A DNA stretch of 64,000 bases. Source: Octopus sinensis (lineage: Eukaryota). This document shows, piece by piece, positions 1 through 12,479 of this stretch (its first letter is position 1; every line of letters begins with the position of its first letter). The position numbers were made by a program, and so were the translations under genes. Where the stretch lies: NCBI RefSeq assembly GCF_006345805.1, contig NC_042998.1:140926001-140990000 (forward strand), given 5' to 3'. The notes under the pieces are model-generated. The model was not told the origin of the DNA. It saw only the letters and a list, made by a program, of their open reading frames with translations, and ran no database searches.

Positions 1-685
1 GATAAGTTATGGTTTATAATTTTATTCAAGACGACAGGAAAGAGACCATGAAGGGAGAGGTGAAGGCAGTTGTGAGAAAAGTAATTATAACTGGAATACC
101 TTGGACGATAAGCTTGATTTTTCACAAAAGTATGACGTAGAAGAAAAATTCAACCATATAATAAAAAAATATTAAAGCCTGTACAGTGAGAACGATACAT
201 AACAATAAAGATAGAATTAAACTAAGAGCACAATCAATCAACAATTGCGTTACATGTTCGAACATGGTTTTGTATTTTTGGTGTTGTGGTTGTTGTTTTC
301 GCAGATCTTAAATGATACGGCTGTGTGGGTCGACGACCAGACCGATGTAATGTGTCAATAAACGATGAGCCAAGCGAAAGCTAAAAGTTTGAGTGGCGAT
401 TTATAGAAAGTAGGATAAGCAAATTCTGATGCCAAACTCATTTTCGATTAATAAAGGCTAATTTGAAAGGTTTAAGAGATGTCTTAATTTGCACAACATT
501 AAGATGATCGATGAAGCTGCTAGTGTTGTTCGAGAGGCTGCAACTAATTATCCCGAGAGAATGAGGAAATTTATTGCTGAATGAGACTATACACCAGAAT
601 AAGAGGATGATGTTGATGTAGAACCAGTCATCACTCGCGAGCGAGTAAGGGTTTAATAATGCGTACCATATTTTGTTTTAGGTGC

Positions 686-922
686 CTATGTAGTTGAAAG
701 CAGACATAGACACCCTCTCGGCGCTCCCTGCTTTCGCTTCAGCATTACATCCAGGATACAATAACTGGAGGATAAGATAACTGCACCAGCACTCAGCTGG
801 TACTCATTTTCTGTTGAGTAGACTGGAACAACAGGGTTACAGTTACCACCCGGTTTTGGAATTGAACCCACGACCTTATGGTCATGAACCGAGTACTCCT
901 AATCTTTAAGCTACGCTCCACC
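686..922 (-). mobile_element. tRNA-headed SINE, family C
   Basis: Minus strand starts ggtggagcgtagctta...ggtcgtgggttcaattcc (A/B-box-like); body shared with other family C copies. Confidence 0.65.
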
Positions 923-1231
923 ATGACATTGTGGATGAAACTGGAATTTTCTGGATTTACCTATTAAGGCCCATGTTTCTGACGAGGAAATTCAGCATCA
1001 GTCATTAAAACTTCCAAAAATTACCTGCTTTTTTTGTAGGAGGAAACGTTGCAGATGAAATAAAATGAAAACCCTTAATTAAGTATTACTACTCCATGAA
1101 TCCAAGGCATTTCAGGATTCTACTAAGTTTAATCTGCCTGCAATTAAAAAGGCTTGGATGACTGTTTGTAAGACTGATTTACTAACTAATTTTTGTTCAG
1201 GTGTAGAAATGTACAGTCACATTTGTAATAT

Positions 1232-1432
1232 TGATTTCAAATTTTGACACAAAGCCAGCAAGTTTGAGGGAGGAGGCTAGTCAATTACACCGATCCCAGG
1301 GATCAACTGGTACTTACTTTATCGACTTCGAAAGGATGAAAAGCAAAGTCGACCTCGGCGGAATTTGAACTCAGAACGCAAAAGTCGTTAAGCATTCTGC
1401 CCGGCGCGCTAACGATTCTGCCAGCTCACCAC
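1232..1432 (-). mobile_element. tRNA-headed SINE, family A
   Basis: Sense head gtggtgagctggcagaatcgttagc, B-box gagttcaaattcc, body gaggtcgactttg...aagtaccagtt; about 20 homologous copies in the window. Confidence 0.85.
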
Positions 1433-2271
1433 TCTAGTATATTGCTTCTGCAATACATATACTAAAAATACTAAAATAATTCTAACAAAGTATTTCTACT
1501 TTTAGACAATGCATCACACCACCCTGTGAACTTCCTGATAATGAGGCTGGAATTTATCCCTAAGAAAATGCTACTTATCTGTTCCAACCAATGTATCCAA
1601 GTGAGATAGCTACCTTCAATGCATGTTGTCTGAGAAGAACTTTGAAACAATTTATGAACGCAATTGACAAGAAAGGGTAAACTGACATTTAGGAACCATT
1701 CTGGGAGAAGTTTATCACTTCGGCTGCAGTGGATAACATAGATGGAGAATAGAACGATGTGAAACGCTAAGTTTTGAATGGTGTTTAACAAAACATATGG
1801 TCAGACTGTATCCGTAACATTACAGGTGTCCACAAACAGTAACTCTATACCAAGTTCAGCCAGAGTTTCTGACTCTCGGAACTGATGCAGAGTTTATAGA
1901 AATTATAGATGTTGCTGTTGGGTTACCAAGGCTCCATAAAGCAAATGAGGAGCTGATGATGTTAGTACAAGAGCGAGCTGCAGAACAACAAACGGCTATA
2001 AAAGTTCTAGCCATTCTACTTTAGTTGTCTGCAAAGAATATGGTTAATGGATTGGCACTTATAGAAGAAAGTTTACAAGTCCTTGCTGATAACAATTTTC
2101 ATCGTGAATATAATATAAAAATTACAAAAGTTCGCAATAACCTCAATTCCTAGACTGAGCTCTGGAAAGAAAAGGCATGTCATTTAATGAAAGAATGGTT
2201 TTCACGTCAAGAAATTCCAAGTTGTACCACGAATTTCCACAAATACAAACTTCCATAAGCGGGAATGCCAC

Positions 2272-2315
2272 ACAAACACGCACGCACCCCCCACCACACA
2301 CGCACGCACGCACGC

Positions 2316-2394
<79 letters not shown>
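2272..2394. repeat. (CA)n microsatellite
   Basis: Directly visible. Confidence 0.95.
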
Positions 2395-2396
<2 letters not shown>

Positions 2397-2844
2397 TAAA
2401 TAAACAAATAAACAAGTCAGCTGAGAGAAATAACTCAGAGTGGTCTGTAGCAAGTATTTGAAAACCATGGACGAATGAATGTATTTTATATCCTGTTCAC
2501 CGCAAATTTCTGATAAATTGAAAATATTTCTGCTTTTAGAGAAAGTAAAATAATCGCTCAGTGGCGATTGAAACCAATCCGAAATAAGCGGAGATAATCT
2601 CCAGAAACACTAAATCTCCATGTTTGACAATGCTAATTGTATGTGTATGTCTCTCTCTCTTTCTCTTTCTCTCTCTCTCTCTCTATCTATCTATCTAGCT
2701 ACCTATACCTACCTACATACATACATACGTACAAAGACAGACTGACAGACAGATAGATAGATAGATATATATTCTTTTATTCTTTTATCGGTATCAGCTA
2801 AAATCTGGGGCCATGCTGGGGCACCGCCGTTAAAAGCGTGAGAC

Positions 2845-2956
2845 GCTTACAGCACCTAGGTTTGTTTCCCAAGCGGTCACCCATCTGAGTTCTCACTAGG
2901 CTCGACGTTGCTTAACTTCGATGATCGGACGAGAACCGGTGCATTCAACGAGGTAT
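2845..2956 (-). pseudogene. 5S rRNA-derived sequence (5' about 9 nt missing); pseudogene or SINE3 head
   Basis: Minus strand atacctcgttgaatgcaccggttctcgtccgatcatcgaagttaagcaacgtcgagcctagtgagaactcagatgggtgaccgcttgggaa...aggtgctgtaagc aligns with the metazoan 5S rRNA consensus, including box A and box C regions. Confidence 0.9.
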
Positions 2957-2963
2957 ATATACT

Positions 2964-2965
<2 letters not shown>

Positions 2966-2995
<30 letters not shown>

Positions 2996-3206
2996 TGTAT
3001 GTATGTATGTATGTATGTATGTATGTATGTATGTATGTATGTATGTATGTATGTATGTATGTATGTATGTATGTGTGTATGTATGTATGTATGTATGAAT
3101 GTATGTATGTATGCATGCATATATGTATTGATAGACAGACAGAGAGACAGGCAGGCAGGCAGACAGGCAGACTGACAGATAAATAGATAGATAGATAGAT
3201 AGATAG

Positions 3207-3247
<41 letters not shown>

Positions 3248-3290
3248 TAGATAGATAGAGAGATAGATAGATAGAGATAGATAGATAGAT

Positions 3291-3361
<71 letters not shown>

Positions 3362-3378
3362 TGTGTGTGTGTGTGTGT
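2966..3378. repeat. Compound microsatellite (ATGT)n/(GACA)n/(TA)n/(ATAG)n/(GT)n
   Basis: Directly visible. Confidence 0.95.
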
Positions 3379-3395
3379 TTTCAAGTGTGTATGTA

Positions 3396-5077
3396 TTGAA
3401 AAGTTCATAGGCTGACCAAGATACTGTTATGGAATGTGACCAGATGAGGTTTATTTTTCAACATAGTCCTCCGCTGTGGTCCACATACGTCTTCCATTGG
3501 CGTTGTAGAGCTTGGATCCCGTTGGTTTAGAAGCTTTCATCCTGTTGGTAAAAAAAAGTAATCAACAACAGATATGACATCATTATCATTGCGATACTTC
3601 TCTGTCAAGCACTTTCTCATGCTGGATAACAGATGATAGTCAGATGAAGCCAAATCAGGACACTAGGGTGTGTGAGCAAACAGTTCAAAGCCACAGTCAC
3701 GCACAACAGCCATTGTAACCAAGGTCTTGTGTGCTGGAGCATTGTCCTGACGAAGCAAGACACCTCTCGTCAGTTTTCGAAATTGACTCAATAAGATGGC
3801 ATAAAACTCTTCATTGATGGTGTGGTCCTTTTGACAACAGTCAATAAACAATGTCTTTTGCATTTCAAAAACTAAGGCTATCACCTCCCCTGCTGATGAA
3901 GCAACTTTGATCGTCTTTGGAGTAGGTGAGGAAAGGTGTTTCCACTGCATGAATTGTCTCTTTGTCTTTGGCACAAAGGGATGGAGCTAACACTCATCCT
4001 GGGTTGGGAAACGTTCAAGGAAACCAGCTGAATCTGTCTCAATTCTCGTGATGTGATCAGCCTGGTGCGCTTTTCATTAAGTGCTTGAAGCCGTCGCATT
4101 CTTATTTCTCTATTGCCCACAAGGGACTAAACATAGAGGAGACAAACAAGGACAGACAAAACGGATTAAGTCGATTACATTGACCTCAGTACGTAACTGG
4201 TACTTAATTTATCGACCCCGAAAGGATGAAAGGTAAAGTCGACCTCGGTGGAATTTGAACTCAGAACGTAACAGCAGACGAAATACCTATTTCTTTACTA
4301 CCCACAAGGGGCTAAACACAGAGAAGACAAACAAGGACAGACAAACGGATTAAGTCGATTACATCTACCCCAGTGCGTAACTCGTACTTATTTAATCGAC
4401 CCCGAAAGAATGAAAGACAAAGTCGACCTCGGCGGAATTTGAACTCAGAACGTAGCGACAGACGAAATACCGCTAAGCATTTCGCCCAGCGTGCTAACGT
4501 TTCTGCCGGCTCGCCGCCTTGAGGGTTTGAAGTCGTCGCATTCGCCGAACAGAAACCTTTGCCATACTAAGCTCATTGTGCAGAATATTCTCAGCTCTCT
4601 CACGGAATATGCTAATAGCATTGGCAGTTCGATTTATAGTTAATCGCCTGTCATCCATCCTCATGTGATGAACACGATCAATGTTTTCTTCAGTGGTGGC
4701 AGCTGCAGGACGTCCAGACTTTGGGCCATCTTCAAGACTTTCCCTTCCCTTCTTAAATTCAACTGCCCAATTGTGCACTGTTGATAAAGCTGGAGCATCA
4801 TCCCTAATGTAGCAACCATATCAGCATGAATGTCGTTGGTGGCTAACCCACTTTTCTGCAAGTACTTCATAACACGTCGCTGCTAAATTTTGTCGATTTT
4901 CAAGAGAAATCGTAATTGGTCACTTTTGGAGTCTTCTTTGAACAGTGGGATGTGAGTTTAGCTGGAAAGAAACAATGCAATTATTAATAAGAAGAGTTGA
5001 AATTAATGCATGCAAGATTTCACATCTCTAGTATTACTCCTTCATAGTCAGCGTATGAACTTTTCAACCCACCCTCG
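3396..5077 (-). mobile_element. Mariner (DD34D-type) element, decayed, with nested SINE dimer
   Basis: TIRs TTGAAAAGTTCATAGGCTGAC (3396-3416) and its reverse complement (5047-5067), 1 mismatch. Transposase remnants KYLQKSG, WAVEFKKGRESLEDGPKSGRP, QWKHLSSPTPK, VLLRQDNAPAH. Confidence 0.92.
4102..4526 (-). mobile_element. Dimeric family A SINE with 17-bp TSD
   Basis: TSD ttgaagccgtcgcattc (4085-4101) / ttgaagtcgtcgcattc (4527-4543); head-body-tail-body-tail layout. Confidence 0.88.
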
Positions 5078-5084
5078 TATATAA

Positions 5085-5320
5085 ACAGACATATACATAC
5101 ATGCATGTATACATACATACATACATACATACATACATACATACATACATACATACATACATACATACACACACACATACATACATGTATAGGTATATGT
5201 ATATAGGTATAAGTACACACAGAAACACATAGAGACATGCACACACACACACACACACATACACACGCACGTATGCACACACACATACACACGTACGCAC
5301 GCGCACACACACACGTTCAT
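5085..5320. repeat. (ATAC)n/(CA)n compound microsatellite
   Basis: Directly visible. Confidence 0.95.
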
Positions 5321-6239
5321 ACTTCAATATGTCTAACTCTCGTATCGTTTCATCTCTCTATATATTTCAATATATTTCAATAGACGAAGTGATAAAGCTG
5401 TTTGAAAATTGGATTAAAGTAAAACAAATCGCAAGACCGATTAAAAAGAGCAAAGATAAAACGAGTGAGAAGGTTGGTTGGCGAGTCGGTGGGAGGTTGA
5501 AACCAATCCCAGCACGTTAAAGCTAAAGTTAGAGGCAGCTCAGTTAGCGGGAAAAGCGAGTCACAAACTGATCGTCCATATTTTGTTGTTATCTTATTAA
5601 TTCTATTGAAATCTATAGAAATAAAATGCTGAAATCGTTTCAATACAGTTGCTTCTATCTTACTTTGAAAGATAGCGCTATTAGTGAGTCTATTTAAGAC
5701 AGACGGACGATGTTTCATTAAATTTCTTCATAGCCAGTGTCTTATAACTTGACTGCTTTACTATATTGCTTGTAAACTCAGTTCTCGAGGGTGTATTTTA
5801 TCTAATCTAATATGCTAAGTATCTATTTCAATTAGACATGTATTTTTTTAATGACTTTCATCCTCTCCTTTCTTTTTTTTTTCAATTTTGTAACGAAGCA
5901 TCTCGCATTCAGTTGGTATTAACACATCCACACGCAATGACACACACGTAATGACATTATGTATTACTATTCGGTTATTGGTAGAAGTCAACGAAAACGT
6001 ACTTCATCCAGCAAGAGGTAAACATCACGTAATAAACACACAATTTCAACGTGAGCGACTGTAAGTTTCATGCTCAGGTAGTATAGCAGTTGGACGAGCT
6101 TGTATAGGCTATCACTTACTTGTGTGCGCGCGCGGCGCGTGTGTGTGTGTGTGTGTGTGAGTGTGTGCGTGTGTGTGTGTGTTAGGAAGCTGGTAGCTAT
6201 ATCAGTAGAAACATTCAGATTACCTTTCTCTTTTTAAAT

Positions 6240-6520
6240 TTTCTCTGAGTTTGGAGGGAGTGAGTACCTCTATACACATTCACTTATCGGTAAAGCCATT
6301 CTTCTTAGTGCCTCGTTAAAATAGAGTGCAACCCTGTTGGTGATCTTTCTATCTGCAGATTGATTGGAGATTCTTCTGCTTATACTTGTGACTAAGTTTC
6401 TAATTACAGCTAGAAGGTGGTTGGAGTATCTATGAATATAAACAACGTCTTCGTTGGGCTTTTTGTAGAAGTATCCTTACATATCTAATGAGTCCTTCCG
6501 TCATTTTAAATACGGTCGGG
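6240..6520 (-). mobile_element. Penelope-like element RT thumb fragment (second PLE lineage)
   Basis: Minus translation YKKPNEDVVYIHRYSNHLLAVIRNLVTSISRRISNQSADRKITNRVALYFNEALRR resembles the PLE YxKPN...YIH..SNHP...I.RRIS motif. Confidence 0.7.
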
Positions 6521-9188
6521 TGTTATTTGAGGGATGTTTTGCGGCTATTTCTATCAGGCTGAGCGGCCACGTAAGTACTCTCTTATGGATACGTGCTATA
6601 CACCTGTTGTTGTTATTGTTACAGTATAGTACTGTAGCGCTGTTTTAGTAACCTATTCGGTTATTGGTAGAAATCAACAAAAACGTACTCCATCCAGCAA
6701 GAGATAAATATCACGTAATAAACACACAATTTCAATGTCATCTCCTGACCCCACTTAACCTGTGTCTCCTTCCGCAAGGCCAACATCAAGCACTATTACC
6801 ATTCTGCACTAGAATATCAACCCTCCAAAATTCCCTTACTACGTATCGTTTTATTTTTGCCATCGATTTGTAGCCGTTCAAGCTGAACACCAACAACATA
6901 AATCTGTTCCGTCTCGGACTTCCTGCGATGGTCTCTGGGACTGTCACTTCCCCTTGAATAATACCATAACATCATCACCCTGAAGGTTGAAATCTAGAGT
7001 TCAGCTTCAAGTCATTTCTTTTTGACACCAGGATTGGGGAGGGATGTTGATATCAGCACCTTTGTTAGTCTTTTACTAATTTTAATTGCTTTAAATCTCT
7101 AACAGTGTGGGTAACTCGTCCATTTCAAGTCCTGCAAGCTGTAATAAGGAGCGATGGATAAATTCATTCTTAGACTGTACTATTGATAGGTGTACGTAAT
7201 TCAAGCTGCATTAAATTGAAGTATACGTCTTTGCATCTAATTCAACGTGTAAATACTGTCGACAGGCAAGATGTTGCGCGGTGTGTAACGATAAGTATGA
7301 TACATAGACGGCTATTTGCATTATTACTAGTATTAAAGACTGTGTATTCTTGCTTGAGACCTAAATTTATTCGGTTGCCACTGATTACCGTATTTGATGG
7401 CATAAGAGACGCACGGATGTAATTGACGTGCCCCAATTTCCTCTGCGCAAATTCAGGCAAAAGCAGTTTTTGGTGCATTCAGCCAGATGCAGCTTTGGCA
7501 GTGACAAAGATTTGGTGTCAGTTTATATACAACATCTATTACTACGTTTTTTTTTACAAGGCTTCATGGAAATACAGACAGAATCAATCTTATATGAACA
7601 TCGTGTTTTTTCAGTTGCTGAAGCTCTTCAACAGATAACTGACAATTAATCTGATCTTTTACATCGCTGCAATATGCATGGCTGCGTTGATTTTTCATCC
7701 AACTCGGAGTTGGATATAGAACTGTGAAAACAACTAGTAGGGAATTCGTGTTGGTTTGAGTATCAAGCTGTGAAAACAGTTTTTAGCAAGAGGAATTCAC
7801 CTGGGACCGAATGCAACGAAATCCAAATTGACTCTGGTTTTTCGTGCTATAAGTCTGTTAATAAGGCTATCGTTGAAAGAAAATTCTAGAGCTTATCACG
7901 TGAACAATGAGTTCTGATTAGCTGAAAAGGAGTCTGCACGCATGATAAACTCAGGATTTACAAGCGATCGGAAATGGAGTTAGAAAAACGACTGCTATAC
8001 ATACAATATATCCCCAATTTTGCATAAAGGAGAAGTTTTTGAGACTTTTTTTGTGGGGGGAAAAAGTGAGTCTTTTATGGCATCAAATATCGTAGTTTCT
8101 TTCCTTCTGAACTCTTTGATGGACACTGGTTGGTCATTGCGTGCACCATAAATGTCTCCAGAGCTCTTCTGTAGTCATTAGGGTCGGCACAGATCCGAGT
8201 CCACCATTCATTCTAATTGTCTGGAGATTTTTTATTTTTCTAGAGTGTCCTACACACGCTGCAGAAGACTTTTACTGGATGTACGAGATCTGTGACGGTT
8301 ATTTTTTCGCCAATGGTTCTTGATTTTTCCTGGCCATTTTCATGGAACTAACCCTTGTTCTTATTTCCTGAGGGCCTAAGATAATCCACCTTCAAAAGTT
8401 TAAAGTGTCACTGACTTTATGATATCTCAAATTATTGTAAAAATGTCATCAAAGTAACAAGCTTTTTTAGTTTTTTTTTAAAGATTTGAACTGCAAACCT
8501 TCCTGAGATTCCAGCCTGATCTTACATTGAAAATGACGAAACCTTTTTTAACAGAAGGTTCCTTCCTCTAAGGTTGCGTGCGGGTAAGCCAAATGGTGTA
8601 GCGAGCATTACAGTAGATATCACTCTAGTGTACAGAATATAATTTAGGTCAAGCTAGTGCTTGGATATCTTAATCTATTAATTTATTACAGGAAAGCTTA
8701 TAGAGGTTTTAAAATATACTAATATGATTAAAACATATTTAGTTGAACATTTCAGCCTGAAAAGACTATTAATAAACCCTCGAAAATCGCGGTTGCTTTA
8801 TCAGTTACATAACTTGAGCATAACCCCAATTGTAGCGAACTAAATAGACCAAATATGTTTTAAGCAAAATAAGTCTTAATATTAAATAAGCCTTTACATA
8901 CCGAACTGCTCGTTTAACACTGTATAGCATTTCAAGTAACTTATAAGCAAAATGGTGCCATTTCTTTTTAATTAAAAGCGGAAATGCATCTAAGTAACTT
9001 TTAAAAAAATAATTTTATGATAAAAATTGGGAATGGTAAGCTCCATTTTTTAGATTGTTATTGTTAGTTTTGTTTTTGTTTTCTTCCCTATATTTTCCTA
9101 GTACATCTTCCAGGACCTTAGTCTTTTGCATTGAAATACCCAAAGATAACATTTGCCGAGGAATTGCATAAAAGTTTGCACGTAGGCG

Positions 9189-9350
9189 TAGGTACACCTG
9201 TGTGGTTAAGAAGTTCGCTTCACAACTACGTCGTTTCAAGTTCAGTCCCATAGCATGCCACCATAGATAAGTGTCTTCTACTATTGGCATTGGCCTATTA
9301 CTGCCTTGTGAATGAATTCAGTAAACTTAAAGTACATGGAACACCGTCGT
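9189..9350 (+). mobile_element. tRNA-headed SINE family B (5' module only), followed by (CA)n
   Basis: tgtgtggttaagaagttcgctt...ttcaagttcagtccc...agtgtcttctactat...gccttgtgaatgaatt; homologous to 13484-13642. Confidence 0.7.
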
Positions 9351-10020
9351 ACACACACACATACACACATACAAGCATACACATACACATACTCGGAATA
9401 CGCAACCGAGGTAGTATTAAATTAATATAGCAATCGATATATCATACTTAAAGTACGTACATCGTTACATCGTCGACATGCAAGTTATTTCCGCATTCGT
9501 AAAGCGATAGCATTCCTTATGGGCGTGCTGTGTTTAAACACACAGTATATATCGGAGGGAGGCGAAAGACGTTCCAGCAGCAGCTAGCGAGAACGCCAGA
9601 TGCATTTCACTATAGCTAGTCTCTTTCAGTGGCGTGTCCTCGCAGCTAGTCACATACCTTGACGACATTTGTCACCTCTGATGTATAGGAAACAGTAAAT
9701 ACAGCAGTCACTGGTATTGCGAATACCAGCCGGACTTAAAAATCTAGTATACTCAATTGAAGCTGTATCAGATTAAAATAGTCACCGATGGATCATACTG
9801 AATGTATACACATCGTTCACAGACAAATCTCCTCTGGGCATGTGGCTGGCTGTGAGTACACGCTATTGATAAGGAGCAATAGACCGAAATGCGACTGACT
9901 TACTCACTAGCCGCTGCTGGGATGATTTTCTTCCTCAGCTAAATATTTTTCTGAATAAAGCACGTCCATACATAATGTAATCTCTAGACTAATACCGCAG
10001 TAACTTGCCTTTCAACGATG

Positions 10021-10059
<39 letters not shown>

Positions 10060-10374
10060 TTCCTTCAAAAGAAAAAAAATATTGCCTAAGTTCCACCAGC
10101 TCTATATTAACCCTGAAGAAGTCCTACCACCATATAGTTTGAATGTGCTAACTTAGCATTAAACCAAATGCTTCGAAATTCCCATCAACTAGATGACGGG
10201 ACTGAAACATATATGTGGGTTCCCTTTATTTTATTTTGATTCAATTTATTTTTTGAGCTTTCAACTTGTAATCAATTTATTTGTACTGCTATGTTTTTAA
10301 GAAAATGTCATCTTTTTTTAACACATAAATTATCAATTACATCCATTTCTTCCCCATTTTCTTCTTGTTTCCAC

Positions 10375-10503
<129 letters not shown>

Positions 10504-10605
10504 AGTTAATCTAAACAAGAAAGCACAAAAAAAAAACACAACAACGCGAGGACATGGAACAAATATAGTATTATTGGACGCCCAGGAAAGAAGGAAAGAA
10601 GGAGG

Positions 10606-10640
10606 GTTTAACGTTTCGAGCGGAGCTCTTCGTCGGAAAC
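10606..10640 (-). ncRNA. Minimal type I hammerhead-ribozyme-like motif (U4C variant) in a PLE-terminus-like unit
   Basis: Minus RNA GUUU CCGACGA A GAGC UCC GCUC GAAA CG UU AAAC: stem I GUUU/AAAC, stem II GAGC/GCUC, palindromic ACGU at stem III. Confidence 0.6.
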
Positions 10641-11109
10641 ATAGGAGAAGGAAAGATCCAGAGACACTAAATCCTTTTGGCTGTTTAGTACTTCAGTTCT
10701 TAACCCTATCTTTTGCGTCACTACACCACCTCAAGCATTTGTGCTTGTTTCTCTTTGATTAAGCCCAAATAGGAAAACGTGACGTTTATGCCTCTCTCTC
10801 AAACCGTACTCGTAGTATTAAAGACTACCTAATTTGTTTTCTTTAAACCTTAAACGTGAAATGTCGCATTGGCTGCATATTTGATAACGCAGTTCCACAC
10901 GTAATCCATCGTCCTGGTTCTTGGGTACGTTTAGCGGAGTCATCTCTGTCGCAAGCATTCAGGTCAGGTATCTGGTCGGGTGATATCTTTCCTTACCGCT
11001 CTCGTTGGAGATGCTTCAAAAAATCACAGGTTCTAAGCCATTAGAAAAAAAAAGGAGAAAAAATAAAAGAAAATATTCTCGATGAGAAGACGTAGACTGA
11101 AACACGCTT

Positions 11110-11750
11110 GTTCCTCCGTTACTTGGTAACGCTTACGTGTGATTAGTTGAAGGGGATGGGCATGACAGAAGAGACACTAGGGAAGAGAGATGAGGAGGGA
11201 GGGGGGAGATGGGGAGGGAGAGAAAGGAGGTGAAGGTGAGGAAAGGAGGTGGAGGAGGGTTGAGTGAAATGTGTATTTTTTAAAAAGTTTTTTCCTCCGC
11301 TACTGAGCTCGTCTCTAACGCTTTGGCGTGTTTAGTTGAAGGGAAAGGCGAAGAGCGACAGAAAAAGAAGAGAGAAATAGAGGGGCAAAGAAAAAGGAGA
11401 GAGAAAAGAGGGAGAAAGAAAAAGGAGAGAGAAAATGAGGGAGAAAGAAAAAAAGAGAAAGACAAGGAGAGAGAAAAAGAGGGTAAGGCGAAGAGTGAGA
11501 GAGAAAGAGGGAGAGTACTGCGTATTATGTCTATAAAATCGTGCATAAAATATATAAAGTGTATATATGAAGTGCATTAACTAATCATCGCATCTCAATT
11601 GCCTTCACTTTTCAATGAGTAGCAGATGAGCGACTATCTTTTGATACAGACACAGCACAGGCTACGCTTTCAGGTTTTTTGGATAAAGTTTTCAGAAATA
11701 ACCCGATAAGTTTCCCATTAATTCCATGAAATATTCATGGGTCCCGCTAG
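11110..11750 (+). mobile_element. Non-autonomous Helitron, copy 1 (5' boundary uncertain)
   Basis: 3' hairpin CCATGAA-ATA-TTCATGG (11724-11740) then CTAG (11747-11750) followed by T; colinear with 13990-14527. Confidence 0.75.
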
Positions 11751-12479
11751 TAGTTATACATTTTTTGAATATCACTTCATTACTTTGCATACATCAACAG
11801 ATTTTTAAACAATATTTTTTCTTATTTCATTTTAATTATAAAACAAAACTTTTACTCTAACACTGTACATTTACTGTAAATAATCTTTCTTCCCAACTTT
11901 TTTCTTTCGCAGTAATATTTCTTTTTTAGTAATAAATTTTTTAACGTTTTTTTCTAATTATCTTAATCACTATGTTATAATTTCCAGACCTATCAATTCA
12001 CTTTACTTGGCTAAATTTTGACACATGTGTAAATCTTTTCAACGTTTTTCTTTACACCATTTTGTTTTGTCTCTTCACCCACACTTGTCCTTCAAACTTA
12101 ATGTAATATAGTGTTTGTTTTCAACCTATTTTCCTACAAAACACCACACTGTTCAACCTCATGATGTTTTATTTAGTTTCTTCCAGGTTTGTTGATATTT
12201 TGTCTATTAATTCTTTAAAGTGTTATGTTTGTGAAGACTTCGGTGATTCTCTTCTTTCCCTTCTGTTCGCCGAAGATTGAAGAAAGACAGAGGAAAAAAA
12301 ATTCGATGACATTCACAGTCACTACTTTTCCTTTAAAGTCTCAAAAGATCACCTCGGGTCCTATATGCGAAGCTGAGCACATATTACATGCTTTAATACA
12401 CAAAAGACGTATTTTTCCTGTATGAATGTGTCAAATACGTCATTTACAAATAAATGCATGAAATTTTGAAAGAATATAA

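Larger units (their letters stand above)
300..2230 (+). mobile_element. Decayed Tigger/pogo (CENP-B-like DDE) transposase relic, interrupted by two SINEs
   Basis: Manual translation gives AVWVDDQ; FERFKRCLNLHNIKMIDEAASVVREAATNYPERMRKFIAE; VDETGIFW; KKAWMT; NKVFLLLDNASHHP; TYLFQPM...IATFNACCLRRTL. These match the TIGD/Tigger consensus (DETG, DNAPxH, QPMD). Many stops and frameshifts; boundaries approximate. Confidence 0.8.

Noticed and set aside
5700-5750. Minus-strand AUGAAGA...GAAAC AUC GUC hammerhead-like string
   Set aside because: C3 is missing and stems I and II are too weak to support.
7240-7700. Possible hAT/Buster transposase relic (KLGHVNYIRAS, LDEKST) on the minus strand
   Set aside because: Only two short words resemble the family; no TIRs or catalytic motifs confirmed.
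9711-9747. Hairpin ctggtattgcgaataccag followed by CTAG-T, a possible Helitron 3' end
   Set aside because: No second copy or 5' TC end identified; could be chance.
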